In this document: piece after piece, positions 13,524-39,718 of the stretch | How positions within the stretch are numbered: position 1 is the first letter of the stretch | How the letters are laid out: each line of letters begins with the position of its first letter | NCBI GenBank assembly: GCA_012295275.1 | Contig: CM022672.1 | Span: 14,818,001 to 14,882,000, forward strand | DNA length: 64,000 nucleotides | Source: Chrysomallon squamiferum | Lineage: Eukaryota > Animalia > Mollusca | Direction of reading: 5' to 3' | Position numbers and translations under genes: made by a program | Notes under the pieces: generated by a model | Database searches by the model: none | Told to the model about the DNA's origin: nothing | Seen by the model: the letters and a program-made list of their open reading frames with translations, nothing else

Positions 13524-14291
13524 AGTACGTTCCTGTGTACATATCTTTATCTATCTGTTTCTACTACGTTTTCTAAGTTTATCTATCACAAATCTCTGTC
13601 AATTAGTCTGTATTTTCAGATTTAACCCGCCAATTGAAGTTAGGCCAGGCGACGAAATTAGGACAACGTGCGTCTACAAACAGCCCAAAAAGGCAAAACG
13701 GTTTGTTTCGGCGAGGGAACCAGTGACGAAATGTGTTACGGCTTCATCACGTACTATCCGGTGCACAGACTTCACAAGCCGTGGTGTACCACTCGAAAAT
13801 CGCTCAAGTCCTGCGACCGCCATTACATGAAGGTGGTGAAACCGATCGATAACTGCGACTTCAAAAAATTCCTCAACGTGTCTAACGCGGAAACGAGAGC
13901 CCTGTTCCAAAACGTCATCGGCAGCTGCGTCAGAGACATGACGAATCCCGAAGGGTCAGTCACGTGCAACGAAACCTGCATCGAGGCGCTGAAGAACGCC
14001 ATGGCTCATCCGTGCCTGTCGGGAGACGTCGGAAGTTACGTCATGAACAAGTTTCAGTACACGGCTACCGGCGGGCTGCTTTTGACCATTGCCTTGTCGT
14101 GCGACTGCGACAGCTCCGTCACGAAGCTTGGCTACTGCGACCGCAAAACTATGAGTCGCCTGCTGCCTAGCAACGTCAACAATAAGTGTCTCAGCCGAAG
14201 TGCCAGAATGGAGTCTGCAGTGTTTCTTATTGCGAGTTCGCTGTTTTTCGTGAAACTGATTTCATGGCTTAGCGACTTTCAGCCTCGATAG
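8153..14291 (+). CDS. Temptin-domain-containing copper type II ascorbate-dependent monooxygenase (DBH/tyramine beta-hydroxylase/MOXD-like), 8 coding exons, ~597 aa if a 1-nt frameshift near 13680 is repaired
   Basis: Exons with GT-AG ends and consistent phases: 8153-8344, 8690-8822, 9981-10079, 10775-10954, 11668-11837, 12299-12548, 13091-13187, 13620-14291. Signal peptide [14 protein letters not shown]; temptin motifs ([42 protein letters not shown]); CuH ligands IVHHML and QVHWNNP; CuM ligands NHMHYLG and [12 protein letters not shown]; Cys-rich C-terminus with hydrophobic tail. In the last exon TTCVY and GEGTSDEMC are in different frames. Confidence 0.88.
10144..10366. repeat. Compound (TTA)n / (AAT)n / (TTA)n microsatellite
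   Basis: Directly visible; the orientation switches twice. Confidence 0.9.
11324..11404. repeat. (GA)n microsatellite
   Basis: Directly visible. Confidence 0.95.
12086..12290. repeat. Intronic minisatellite with a ~36-40-bp unit
   Basis: About 5 copies of CTACTACGTTTTCTAATTTTATTATTTTTATATCTCGTT, running into the exon-6 acceptor. Confidence 0.85.
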
Positions 14292-14608
14292 AAATTTAGT
14301 GCACCCATGGTTTTCTTTGGTTTTTTGCTGAAATCTCGTATTTAAAAATGGTCCCTTCAGAAATCTACGACGAAACGGTTGCAGCTTTACTGCTCAATTT
14401 TACGAGTATTTTTTAAAATTTAATTACCATCGTGTTTATTCATTTTCATTTTATTTAATTATTTACATACTTTTTTTTTTTTTATGCTTAAATTTTTATC
14501 TTATTCTGTTTTATTTCATTTTTATAAAAAAATTTTTTTATCTCATATCTAAGATCTGAAACATATACCTCGGTTAAAAAAAATTTAATAATTTCAATCC
14601 CATATAAG

Positions 14609-14633
14609 CAGAGGCGTAACTAGAATTGAGGCA

Positions 14634-14669
<36 letters not shown>

Positions 14670-14795
14670 GCCTCAACTAAAGTTTGATTTTTAAAAGTTC
14701 TGCCTGAATTCATATACGATTGTCAATGTATTTTGTAACGATAACACTGCGCCCAGAGCAGTGGGCCACCCAGACACACCCTAATTACGCCAGTG
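14609..14795. mobile_element. MITE-like TIR element remnant downstream of the monooxygenase
   Basis: Inverted ends CAGAGGCGTAACTAG and CTAATTACGCCAGTG (12/15 match), with an internal (AAT)n. No clear TSD. Confidence 0.5.
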
Positions 14796-16604
14796 AAACT
14801 AAGATACCGGTAGACATCAAAAGGAATAGATAAAGTGATTTAGTTGTCACAACATGATCATCCTTCACAATCGTTGCATAAAAGATACAATGAACAAGTC
14901 TTCCTTCATCATAACTTTTGTTTCTAAAATAGAAGTTCGTGGTACAGTTTTAAAATAGTTAGGTATGTTTCAGTTCATTATCACCTAGTATATAAAAGAG
15001 TAAAACATTACAGGTTTCCTATAAATTCTTAAAGTCTCCATCTATCACCCAGAAGGAATAGCTCACAGAATGTCAGTCCCTTGTTTTAGCAATTATGTAT
15101 TGGAACTGGAAGGACAAAAATAAAAAGTATCCTAATGCTATTATCTTCAACACAAACACAACAGTATGTTTAAGGAGACAAATACTGACAGAATGAAAAA
15201 CTGAACATTTATCTAGTTATTTTTAAACATTAGCCATCAAAAAACTCAGCCATTTGAAAAGTGCTCATACTCTGTAAAGAGGGATACTTATGGGTTTGTA
15301 ATCCACAAAAACTGGATTACTATTTCAAGGCAGTATTAGTATGAACACCTTTTAGAATTTTGTGTTTGTCTTGTATGTGTATGTGTGCACACACGCATCA
15401 TTGTAAATGCATGTTTATAATGCTGACACGAGTCAACGTTTCACAGAGAAACGGAGTGCTTGAAATGAATGAAGATGAACATGGCACCGTATTTGCTGCA
15501 AGAAACGACCTTGACCCGATATTTTCATTCGCCTCACTGATTAATGTGATATAACTGCTATGTAATAACGCCAGCAGTAAGAAAGTAGAGTATAATCACA
15601 ACAGCAGCAATGACGGAAAAAACAAAACGACTACAACAACAAGTTAATAGCAGAAATATGTTAGTACTGGATTGATGTATTAAATGTTGTGCGTGTTCAT
15701 ATATAACGTGAACCTGGTGCTATTTGTAAACAGCAGACCTGTAAATAAAAGTCTGGTAGGTGTATTTTGAATTGTATACCGTGTGAAAAAAATAAATATA
15801 TACTACAGGTCGAATATTGTGTACTCCGAAACCGCGAAACACAAATTTGTAACCGAATTCGAAATGTATTCGACTCATTAATAGCAGGCCTAGTTCTCTA
15901 TAAGTATGACATGTACCCTAGCACGACTGAATCATATTAAAACTGATTCATAAAATATAATATGCTCACAAATGAAAATAAAATTAAGTATACATAACTG
16001 TTAAATGTCTTCTGATATTGAGAGTGTCGTTTGAATATAGTAAAAGATTTCGATATCGTGCGATTTGAATTAATGACCTGCTGGCCTGTATATCAGTGAA
16101 TTTTGGTAAAAATGGCAGTTTTCTATATTTTTCATTTTTTTTGTAAACGAAAGAGAAAAGAATGTTATGTCTGATTTGTAGTTTTCTACTATTTGTATTA
16201 CCTATTTTTATGCATGATGACACAAAAACTCATTTATATGTTTTGTCATAGTTTGTGAATGAAAATATATTTTAAATTTTGTATATTTGTTGTAATAAAA
16301 TAAAAATAATAATTGCTTTCTTTCTAGCTCTTTCTTTACTTTTTTCATTTTTATAAGGAAACTATTCTGAACTTGTGATGAAAAAAAGCTCTATTGGCAT
16401 TTAAAAAAAAAAAATAAAAATAAAAATATTGGCGTAAGTTAATTTTAATATATTATCATGATTATATTTAGTTTTATTAATATCATAATCTCATCATTGT
16501 CATTATCACTATTACATTTAGTATTATTATTGTTATTTTATCAACATAATTATCCTAATCACCATTATTATTATTTTTATTACTATTATTATTATAACTG
16601 TTAC

Positions 16605-16653
<49 letters not shown>

Positions 16654-16831
16654 AATAATAATAATAATAATAGTAGTAGTAGTAGTAGTAGTATCATTAC
16701 TTTTTTTATCATCACAATAATAAATAAGAAGGGTCTGATCATAAAGAAATGTGCATTCACTTCCACTGTCAATCCATTGCTATCCACCTATGTGTAATGG
16801 AATTTAGGTCAGTGAAAGTACAAATTACTTC

Positions 16832-17114
16832 TGGGGTGGATCTTAAAGGGATCCAAGGCGACCGGGCCCCCACTCAGATTTTCCCCGTTTTATTTAAGAT
16901 TTTTTCGTTTCTTGCAAATTTATTCATGGTCTTTTTTTAAAATTTCTGTCAGTGTATAGAACACTGTAGAATACGTCTGCCAGCGTCCTGTTGTAGTACT
17001 GTTATTTTGTGTTCCATGTGAACCGTGTGCAATTTTTTAATAGTGCCTCTGCTTAATGTTACGGTGCCCTTTTTGTCATGGACCTCCCTCATCAGAAAAG
17101 CTGGGTCCGCCCCA
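16832..17114. mobile_element. Degenerate MITE-like element
   Basis: GC-rich imperfect inverted ends GGGGTGGATCT and GGGTCCGCCCC in an AT-rich context. Confidence 0.4.
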
Positions 17115-19272
17115 ATACTTGTTTTAGCACTAAATACAGAAATTAAAAAATAATAATAATAAAAATAATAAAACATTTAGAATCACCGCTATTTCCACAA
17201 CTCACAGAATAGCCATTTTCAAAAAAGCAAAAATATTTCACGCACGATTTTTGATTTCAAATTATATAACGTTCTAGTACAGTTTCTTCAAAAAGTGGAC
17301 TTTTCCGAAAGTGAATGGAAATAGAAGAACATACTCTGCTAGCGATAAGATGAAACACTTGGTCACTGGAAGAAAAGCAGAAATTTTGCAGAGAAGAAAT
17401 AAGGACAAAGATTTGATTCCATACTGACATGGTTAATGAGACAGAAATTAATTTAAAACGACAACAACAACAACAAAAACAACAACAAAAAACCACACAC
17501 ACAACCAAGCAGAGAACAACTGAAAATAAATAAGACTTGTTAATAAATAAAAAACAAAACCGTAACATTTTCCTTTAAACCAAAATTAAGTTTAGTTAAA
17601 TCCTTTTATAATGACTGTTATACAGCAGTGAGTATTCAATCACATTAAATTAAACTGTATCTACTATCCTTATTCATATCTGTTGATCTGTTTTATAATG
17701 CTCACGCAATTATTATATGATCTCTGTCATCTATTTTATATTTGAGATTCGTATGTGGTCCAGTAGTTATACCATTGGTCGAAGTCGGTACATAGCAAAC
17801 GATCCTTTACAGTTACTTCCCTTAGAAATGAAAGTCTTTCAAATGCAGCAAAACAAACTTTCGTGACCATCTCAGTATGACAAGACATTTGTTTGCGACA
17901 GCTTCGTAGAGGTTGTCGCTGTACTGAATTTTATTGAAAATACTTGACAACCACATACTGCATAATCGTAGTGACAGTAAGAAGGGGAACAAAATATGAA
18001 TATCATTCAGTTAAAGACGAATATACTCGTTAAATTTTACAAAAAAAAAAAAAAAAAAATTTAGAATCACTGCTATTGTCGTAACTCACACAATAGTCAT
18101 TTTCAAAATAAGTAAAAATATTTAAGTTTTTACTTCCAGTTTATTTGACTTTCTAGATTTATCCACACAGAGGTGTATTTTATTGACTTATAAATAAAAC
18201 AAAATGGGAAGCATAAATAATAATTCTTTTATTGACAGTATAAGCACGAGAGTAATCACAATAGTCTAAAACTATAACAACATATTCTGTCTCTTGTTTT
18301 AAACAAGTTATTACAAATTGTAAAATAAGCTTTTTCGTTTAAAATATTTCAACATTTCTACTAAAAATTTAAGATTGTGACCCATTGCCATAAAATCTAC
18401 TACCATCTGTACAAGCAAGTATATTTGACGCATGTAGATTTTTCATGAGTGTTTGTGTGCACGTGCATGTCCTTTTTCGAGCAACAGCAATAAAATATAC
18501 GAGTATATTTGACATATGTACATTCTGTGCTTTTGTACAAGTGTGTATGTGTTTTCATTTTTGATTATGTATTCATGTTTCAGTGTGTGACTGTATATGT
18601 CTGGTTATATCATATGCACAGTGTGCAATTTTTAAGAGAAACAGTTTATAAAAAAAAAGCAATTCCATATAAACTACCAACGACTAAATTAATCTATACT
18701 ACAATAAATATTTTTATATACTAAACCAGCATACAACTAGTGCTAACAATATTTAACAAAAGCTAAATTATTAACCCAGAACCAAGCCCTTGCTGTATTG
18801 TGTGATCTCGAAATTCATATATATCCTGTTATTTTATTTTTCATAGGGTAGTGTATATATATGACATCATTAAAAATATTTTTTAAATAGTTTCTGTTAA
18901 AACTGTATAATTGAGGATGATGTTTTAAGGAATCAGAAATGAAAGATGATGGATAACTGATTAACCATGCTGGATGCTTAGAACTCCAATAAAATTATAT
19001 TGCAACACATATGGACTGATGCATTCAATCTCCAAATTGAAATTCTCCGACACATCAGGGTTTTGCTGCAAGTGTTCAGTGTATAGTCAGTAGGTTATGT
19101 CAGGTACTTCTAAATACTGTGCACCACTTTCAGTAAATTGTGCCTTTTTTGACAACGAACATAATGATTATGGTTAGTAAAAGCCTGGAGGGAGTCAAGT
19201 ACTCAGATTCTAAATTTATCATGCCGTAACAATTAAGTATATAATGCAGGACTTGGTTTCAGCTGTCTAGAC

Positions 19273-19545
19273 CATAGGTTTTCAACGTGGGGGTTGCGGG
19301 ATTGTTCTCGAGTGAGGGTATGTTTTAGCTTTTTTCAGCTTGACTTGGAAGGCGGAATAAATAAAAACGTGTAGATAGGTTTGGGACCCGTCACAGTGAA
19401 TATAGATTCCTTTTGTACTGTCTTTGGTTGATGAAAATATATGGTAACTCTAGATATTACTGAATCCAAAATTTTTAAAGGGGGTCATCGGTCATATTGA
19501 GTTGCATGTAAGGGGTTGCTGTATGAAAAAGGTTGAAAACCAGTG
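19273..19545. mobile_element. Non-autonomous hAT (Charlie-like) MITE
   Basis: TIRs CATAGGTTTTCAAC and GTTGAAAACCAGTG (12/14 match). Perfect 8-bp TSD GTCTAGAC at 19265-19272 and 19546-19553, matching the NTCTAGAN target preference of Charlie/Buster-type hATs. Confidence 0.85.
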
Positions 19546-20197
19546 GTCTAGACTAAACCCAAGATTAACAATTCACAAAATAAAATGTAAATGCACACTA
19601 TAAAACATGTTTCCATGTTTTGCTGAAGTTGTGATAAATAAAATGGAATAGCTATGTTTTGGTTTTTGTCGATTGTTCAAAACAGTTATCAAGAACAGAC
19701 ATAACAAAGCTCAAAAACATTACATCTACACAATAATACAAGTATTAAAATTTAACTAGTAGTGGCCATTTAAAAATATAGAATTAAATGTCTTTTTTTG
19801 TGTGTGTGTATCTTGCTCTGAAGCCAATAATCTAAAAAGAGATGAAACAAAAATTTGTTTAATAAATGCACTAGCGTACATTATGAGACACTTGAGATCT
19901 GAACTCAAATTATGACTCTTACAATAATAAAACAACAGTTAGCACGATGAAGTTACAATTATGTACATTTTTACTTCAATTTAGTAAAGTATAATTAAAA
20001 AAACATCCTAAAATTACATGCACCAAATCATTATTGTTGTTCTTCCAAAGCAAGCAGGAAAAATAAAATATATTTTTTGAAAACTTTTGCAAACTGAATT
20101 AACAGCAGAGCATGCATTTAGATGGTAGAAATGTGTGTGTATCTGATTATTATTCAGATTTGTCATACACTGTTGTCGTTCATGTTAAGAGATTCTG

Positions 20198-33778
<13,581 letters not shown>

Positions 33779-33814
33779 TTTATATAAATATTCTACTTTT
33801 ACTTATTTTCGACA

Positions 33815-33930
33815 CTGCAACAACATTCGAAAATTGCGTTCGTATATGAAAGAACCAATGAAAAAACGCGACGCTCACACTGGTTTTTGTAATCCTTTCA
33901 AAAGGAGACTAGTCTATTGAATCATTGGGT
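33815..33930 (-). promoter_or_regulatory. KIF11 promoter with a CHR-like element and CCAAT boxes
   Basis: Local CpG-rich patch upstream of the ATG. TTCGAA at 33826-33831 is preceded on the minus strand by AACGC plus a 4-nt spacer. CCAAT at ~33855, ATTGG at ~33925, and TTTGAA (minus strand) at ~33897-33902. Confidence 0.5.
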
Positions 33931-35484
33931 CTTTATACCGGAAATCGCCGAAATATGCCGAAGAAATAAGACTGGCGATAACCGCGCAACAGAACAACTT
34001 TAATCAGATGCTTCCAGCTTTGTTTATCTCACAGTAAGACTCACGTAATGATTGACAAATCTGTTATAAGGGTTGTATAAATTAATATCGGATCTATCAG
34101 TACAGAACGTATTTTGTGTGAACGAAACACATTTGTTCCATTATAATTATTTTAAATATTTAATTATTTTAATATAACTATTTTAAGTATTCACTAATCA
34201 CTGTATACTGTAACTGTACAGTGTATAAGTATCTGTATTGTATTCAGAGTTTTGTTCTTCTTTCACGGACCCCCGAACTAAAAAGTAAAAGATAGTTATA
34301 AATGTATGCAAATCGCATAACTTACTGACTCAGATCTGTTCGAATTGTCACCAATTTGATAACAAATAATAGGCAAAAAACTGACTAGAGGATTAATTAA
34401 TTAATCATTTTAAATTTATGCGTTTTAAAGACTAGCAATAGTAGCATCAAACTTTGTATTTTTGACTCAACCTCAAAACAACAAATAAATAAGAAACACA
34501 TTTTCAAACTCAGTTATTGCATTGTTGTGACTACATTTAATAACAAATGAGAAAACACATTGAAAAAAACCAAGACAAAAACATTTGTAAATAAATTTGT
34601 AAAAATATGTTGTAAAAAAACAACCCAATAACTTGTATGTTAAAAAGGGAGCAAAACAAAATGTTTAAATATATACTATTTACAATATCACAGAAAATGT
34701 TTTTAACTGCATTCACATGTGCCGATACCCTGAAATTTCATTATAGAAATAAAAAATCTTTAAATTTACATTTTCCAAGTATCTAGTAAAATTACGTAGA
34801 TGTGCAAACAACATATAACAGGCAGTACTTGCATATTAAAGAAGATACATCACTTACATAGTGAAATAAAAACTATAACTGTAATTATAATAAAGTGTAA
34901 TACATTTTAAAATTATCTGAATATGTATCATTGTATGTCAGTATAATTACATACTTATAAGAATTATGTGGAGTATGCATACAAAATATCACAGAAATAA
35001 TACTGCTTTAATGAAATGCACAAAACTGAAGAAACCCTGGCAATGATTATTTATAAAAAAAAAAATAATTTTAGTAATTAAAATTATGCTTGGACATACA
35101 GATGATGTACATTCATCTATCAGGTAAGTATCTTTTAACATAATGTCTCTTCAATAATAAATTATTTAAGGCTATAAATATTTTAATTAAGCTATTAATT
35201 AAATATTTAACTCTTTAAATTGTATTAATTCTCATTATCATTAGTTCTATAAGCACATCATTGAGTAATAAATTGAGATTAAAAATAATTTTCACAAATT
35301 TGAACTCATTTACTGTCTTTCAGATATTTTACTTTTTCAATTATTATAAATTTTTTGTTAGAATTTATTATTTATTTTCTGCTAATTAATTAATTTATTT
35401 ATTTATTAACATAACTACTTCACATAACAAGCTATTTCTTTTCTGAGCATTATTAATTTAGAAACAGACTAATGAGCACATTAA

Positions 35485-38163
35485 TCATGATGTATCAATT
35501 TTTTTCAGAAACTGACAGAAGACATCGTGCTTTGGTTTACAAACTGGCAGCCATGTGTAATCAAGATTTTGATCTGGCATCAGTTGTATCTGAAACATGG
35601 ACACCAGTGATGTAATCACAGTCTGAAACATTAAAAAAAAAGGGAGAACAAAAATATTAAAATAATTGCTACTTATGTTCCAACATTTGAAAATCAGGTG
35701 AAGAAAAGGAAGAGAGGAAGCTAAAGATTTTATTTACACCAATTGTTATTATATGACATCATATTCACAATAAAATTATTCACTGGTATTACTCGGGAGT
35801 AATCTTCTTTATTCTCTTAATAATAATAATAAAATGAATGAACGAACGAAAAAGTAAAATTATTTATTCTCTATTTATTCTCAAAACAAATAAAGTTGTT
35901 GATTATTACTACCTTAACAATGTTATCAACCAGCTGTTTCCCCACACAGCATCTAGGGCCTGATCCAAAGGAAAACAGTTTCTTTTGTTTGCCACTAAAA
36001 GTAACAAAAACAGTAGCAGTTGTTTTCTTCTTTATTAAGTGCTAAATGAAAATAATAGTAACATACAAATAAAAATAAATATCAATCAACAATCTTTGTT
36101 TCAGAGATTACCTTCTTTCTTCTTTTTTAACACTTATATATATACAAACACTTACCTTCTATTATACTCATGCTTGAAGTAACTGAAGTCCTTGTAGTAA
36201 CGAAAATAACTAGTGGCATAAAATGACAATTAGAGAAGTTTCTATATTTTCTGTCACTGATCAATAATGTTGCTTTTTAACAACTGTTTTTCATTTGATA
36301 AATTATTTGGTATTCACACACACACTGTTCAAAGTTACTTAATTAGAGATTAATTGCTTGTTTAAAGCTCTAACAATTTTGAAAACAGTTTTCATTTAGA
36401 AAATAACAAATTGTTATAGACAACTATTTTGTATTGATGTATACTTTTTATAGGTCAAAACGAAGATATGTATATATATATATATATATATAAATACTAA
36501 AATACTTTTATGAAAGTGTGAAAATGCAAACCTATTATTCCATCTTTCTGGGAGGAACTCTTCTGGTTGATCAAAAGCATAACCGTCACGATGTGCTGCA
36601 TATAACAGACACATAACTCCGTAGCCTGCTGGCACTAGATACCCATCAATGGTGACATCCTGAAATGTGAGATCAAAACAGAAACTACTATTCCAAGTTA
36701 TCCTAACATTTCAACGAATGATCGGCAAAATTCCAGCAAAGAATAAATAAACAGACACTACTGTTTGTGTCAAGAGAACAACAAGTTTATTTAAAAGGAA
36801 AACAAGTGATGTGTGATTAAAGGGAAACTAATTAACAAAATATAAGATGGTTTTAAAATTTCAGAGTCTATGTAACTGAAGTTTATTCAAAATAAAAAAT
36901 GAGAAAATGTATCTGTATTTCAAAATGTGCATGTAAAATGAGAACTCTATTAATTGAAAACACATAGCAACTGGACCTTTTTGGCAACACGTCTGCTCAC
37001 TATTAGAGGTGGGTACAGTCTCTGTGTTTCCAGGTAGATGTTTTCCAGAATGTTAGGATCATCCAAAAGTTGTTCCTGAGAGGAAACATTGAAATAAAAT
37101 AATTAAAAAACAATAATAAATAAAATAATAAATTTATATAATAAAAATATGCAACTTAAACCCTCTTCAGTGATATATTATTCTTTTTCAAAACAAATAG
37201 TGATGCAATATGATAATAATTGTCATATTTATATTAATCATTATCATTACTACTATTATCAAAATCAGTATGAAATTTTAAAATAAAGTTTTTTACAACC
37301 CATATTTTTGCACTGTTTACAATACTAAGAGCATCTGACCACTGAAATACAACCTACTTCTGTGAAGTTAGAGTGTAAACTTACTTGACAGTCTTTGCTG
37401 ATATGAATAGAAACAGAAGTGAGAAGTGACGCGACAATCTTTGGAATGAGGGAAGAGATAAACAACAGAAGGTGATCATCAATGTCATCATCGTGACTGC
37501 TCGACATAGCTTCCTTAATTTTATTCAGAAAAAAATGGTGATTTTCTTCTCTTCTCGACTTTATCAGATCCAAAAGTTGTTTCTAAAAAATAAAAATATA
37601 AAAATCCTTTCATGAACTTATTATTAACTATTTTAAAATCCACTTCAGAAACACAATCTGGTAAAAAAAAGTAAATGGATATTTTTCTGTTTAATATTGT
37701 TATTACATGTCAAACAGTGACCCTACTTCATGGGCTCCCCTGATTAGTAAATAGTAATGAATCTTTTACACTGACTCACAGCTGGATTGGGAAATGATTA
37801 AAAGTGCATTCTATGACTGTTGATCCTCTTGTCAGTTTAATGTATGTGTGTATATATATATAAAGAAAATTAGCTAAATGGAATCAAGAAGAGGTATAAC
37901 TAAAGTACAAGTAGCTTTATATGAAGATTTTATAAAGGAGTTTAACTCAATGATTTACTTTAAAGATGAGACTCACCTTGGCTTCCAGGGCTCTACTGTA
38001 AGATGTTGCATAGTCTTTGCCAGGCAGTCTGATAGACAGTGGAACTGATGTAATGCCTGAAATGTTTTTACTTACAAATTATATATCTTAAACAGTAAGC
38101 TTAATCTGGTATATAATATTTCTCATACACACTCACACCCTCCCTCCCTCCCTCCCTCCCTCT

Positions 38164-38218
<55 letters not shown>

Positions 38219-39682
38219 TTCTGCAGTCTAAATGAAATTAATTGTTTTATTTCTCAACTTCTGAACCTGTGAGTAGTAGATTCAAACAGACTGATTCAAA
38301 AACAATAACAATATTTTTTTTTTTAAATGAACACAATTTTCAAAAAGGTCTGTTAACATCTGATTGCTGGATAACAATTTACATGCACACATACTCAAAG
38401 ACAATGTAAGTATATGCAGGTACATGTACATACATAAATACACTCTAAGTATAAACATAAACTTAGTCATCATAAACAAATATATGTATAGGAAACAAAA
38501 ATGTACTAATGTACAAATAAATTATAAGTTTTATAAATAGTGATGCATTCAAAAATTAACACATGATTATTCAAACTATTCAAACCATGCACACAGTACA
38601 ACATCTATATACTTTTTTTCTATACACCTGAAGTATATTTTACTTTAATTTTTCAAATTCATACTAAGAGGAGAATTACCAGTATTTCACATTAAATGTA
38701 ATGTAAATATATTTCTTATTTAAAAGAAAAGACTTAGCCATTCTGACCTTGCCAGTGTGTCTTTGTCAAGGTGATAATTGCTTCAGTGAACGTCCTGGAT
38801 TCCTCCAAATTTAGTCCTAAAAATATCCTCAAGCATATCTGTGTGACTTTCTCCTTGAAAAACTTGTATAAAGGTATAGGACTGCAAAAAAAAACAAACA
38901 AAAAAAAAATAAATAAATAAATAAATAAAATTTAAAAAACACATGCTTACAAAACAGAAAAAATAAATTAAGTTAACAAAAACACCATTGTACAAAAAAA
39001 AAATGTAATAAAAATAATATTTAAATAATTTAAGAAAAGAATTCAAATATATGATTTTTTTTTTTTTCCCCTGTAGGTGAAACATTTAACAAAGCAAAAA
39101 CATTTTACGGTATCCTTAAATAAATATTCATTACTTTTTTATCCATCTTTCTCTTTATCAGACCTTGAGACAACAATATATTGTTATGTAATACTTCTGT
39201 AATATTCAAAATATTGCCATATCAACATTTGGTAACAAGTCATCGTTTTTTTTTTTGGAAAACACAGGAGAGGGAAAAAGAACTACTCTTGCTCTGCTAA
39301 GAGACTCTTAATAATTATGCTGAGCTAGAAAGGCATGTGTTTGTCATGGCAATGGCACAGTGGTGCCAACTGTTAATTTTAATAAAGATTTTAACCTGAT
39401 ATAAATTACCTTTCATCCACATTCTGGACGACTGTGGCTATTACTCTGAAATTGGTTAAAAAAAAAAAATTATACAAAATTATCAATACTAATTACTATT
39501 ACTTAATGATACACTTTAAACACTGTTTTGTAAAAGAAATGGCAGTTAAAAAAGATCATGTATCTTTGTCTTGTATTTTGTGAGAACTGTAAACATGATA
39601 TTTATTTTGTTTGGATGTATGTTTACCTATACTGCTTTTGTGTAAGATTTAAGTATGTATTATGTTGTATTTGTGTTTTCAC

Positions 39683-39718
<36 letters not shown>

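Noticed and set aside
13681-13700. Programmed -1 ribosomal frameshift as the primary explanation of the frame break
   Set aside because: There is no canonical slippery heptamer in frame and no evident stimulatory structure. An indel error or a null allele is more parsimonious.
13674-14170. Overlapping ORFs 13674-13910 (-) and 13964-14170 (+)
   Set aside because: They are shadow frames of the GC-rich last monooxygenase exon.
38783-39085. ORF-track peptide SYTFIQVFQGESHTDM... as part of the P450
   Set aside because: It is the wrong frame. The phase-compatible exon 38881-38748 reads SPIPLYKFFKEKVTQICLRIFLG.
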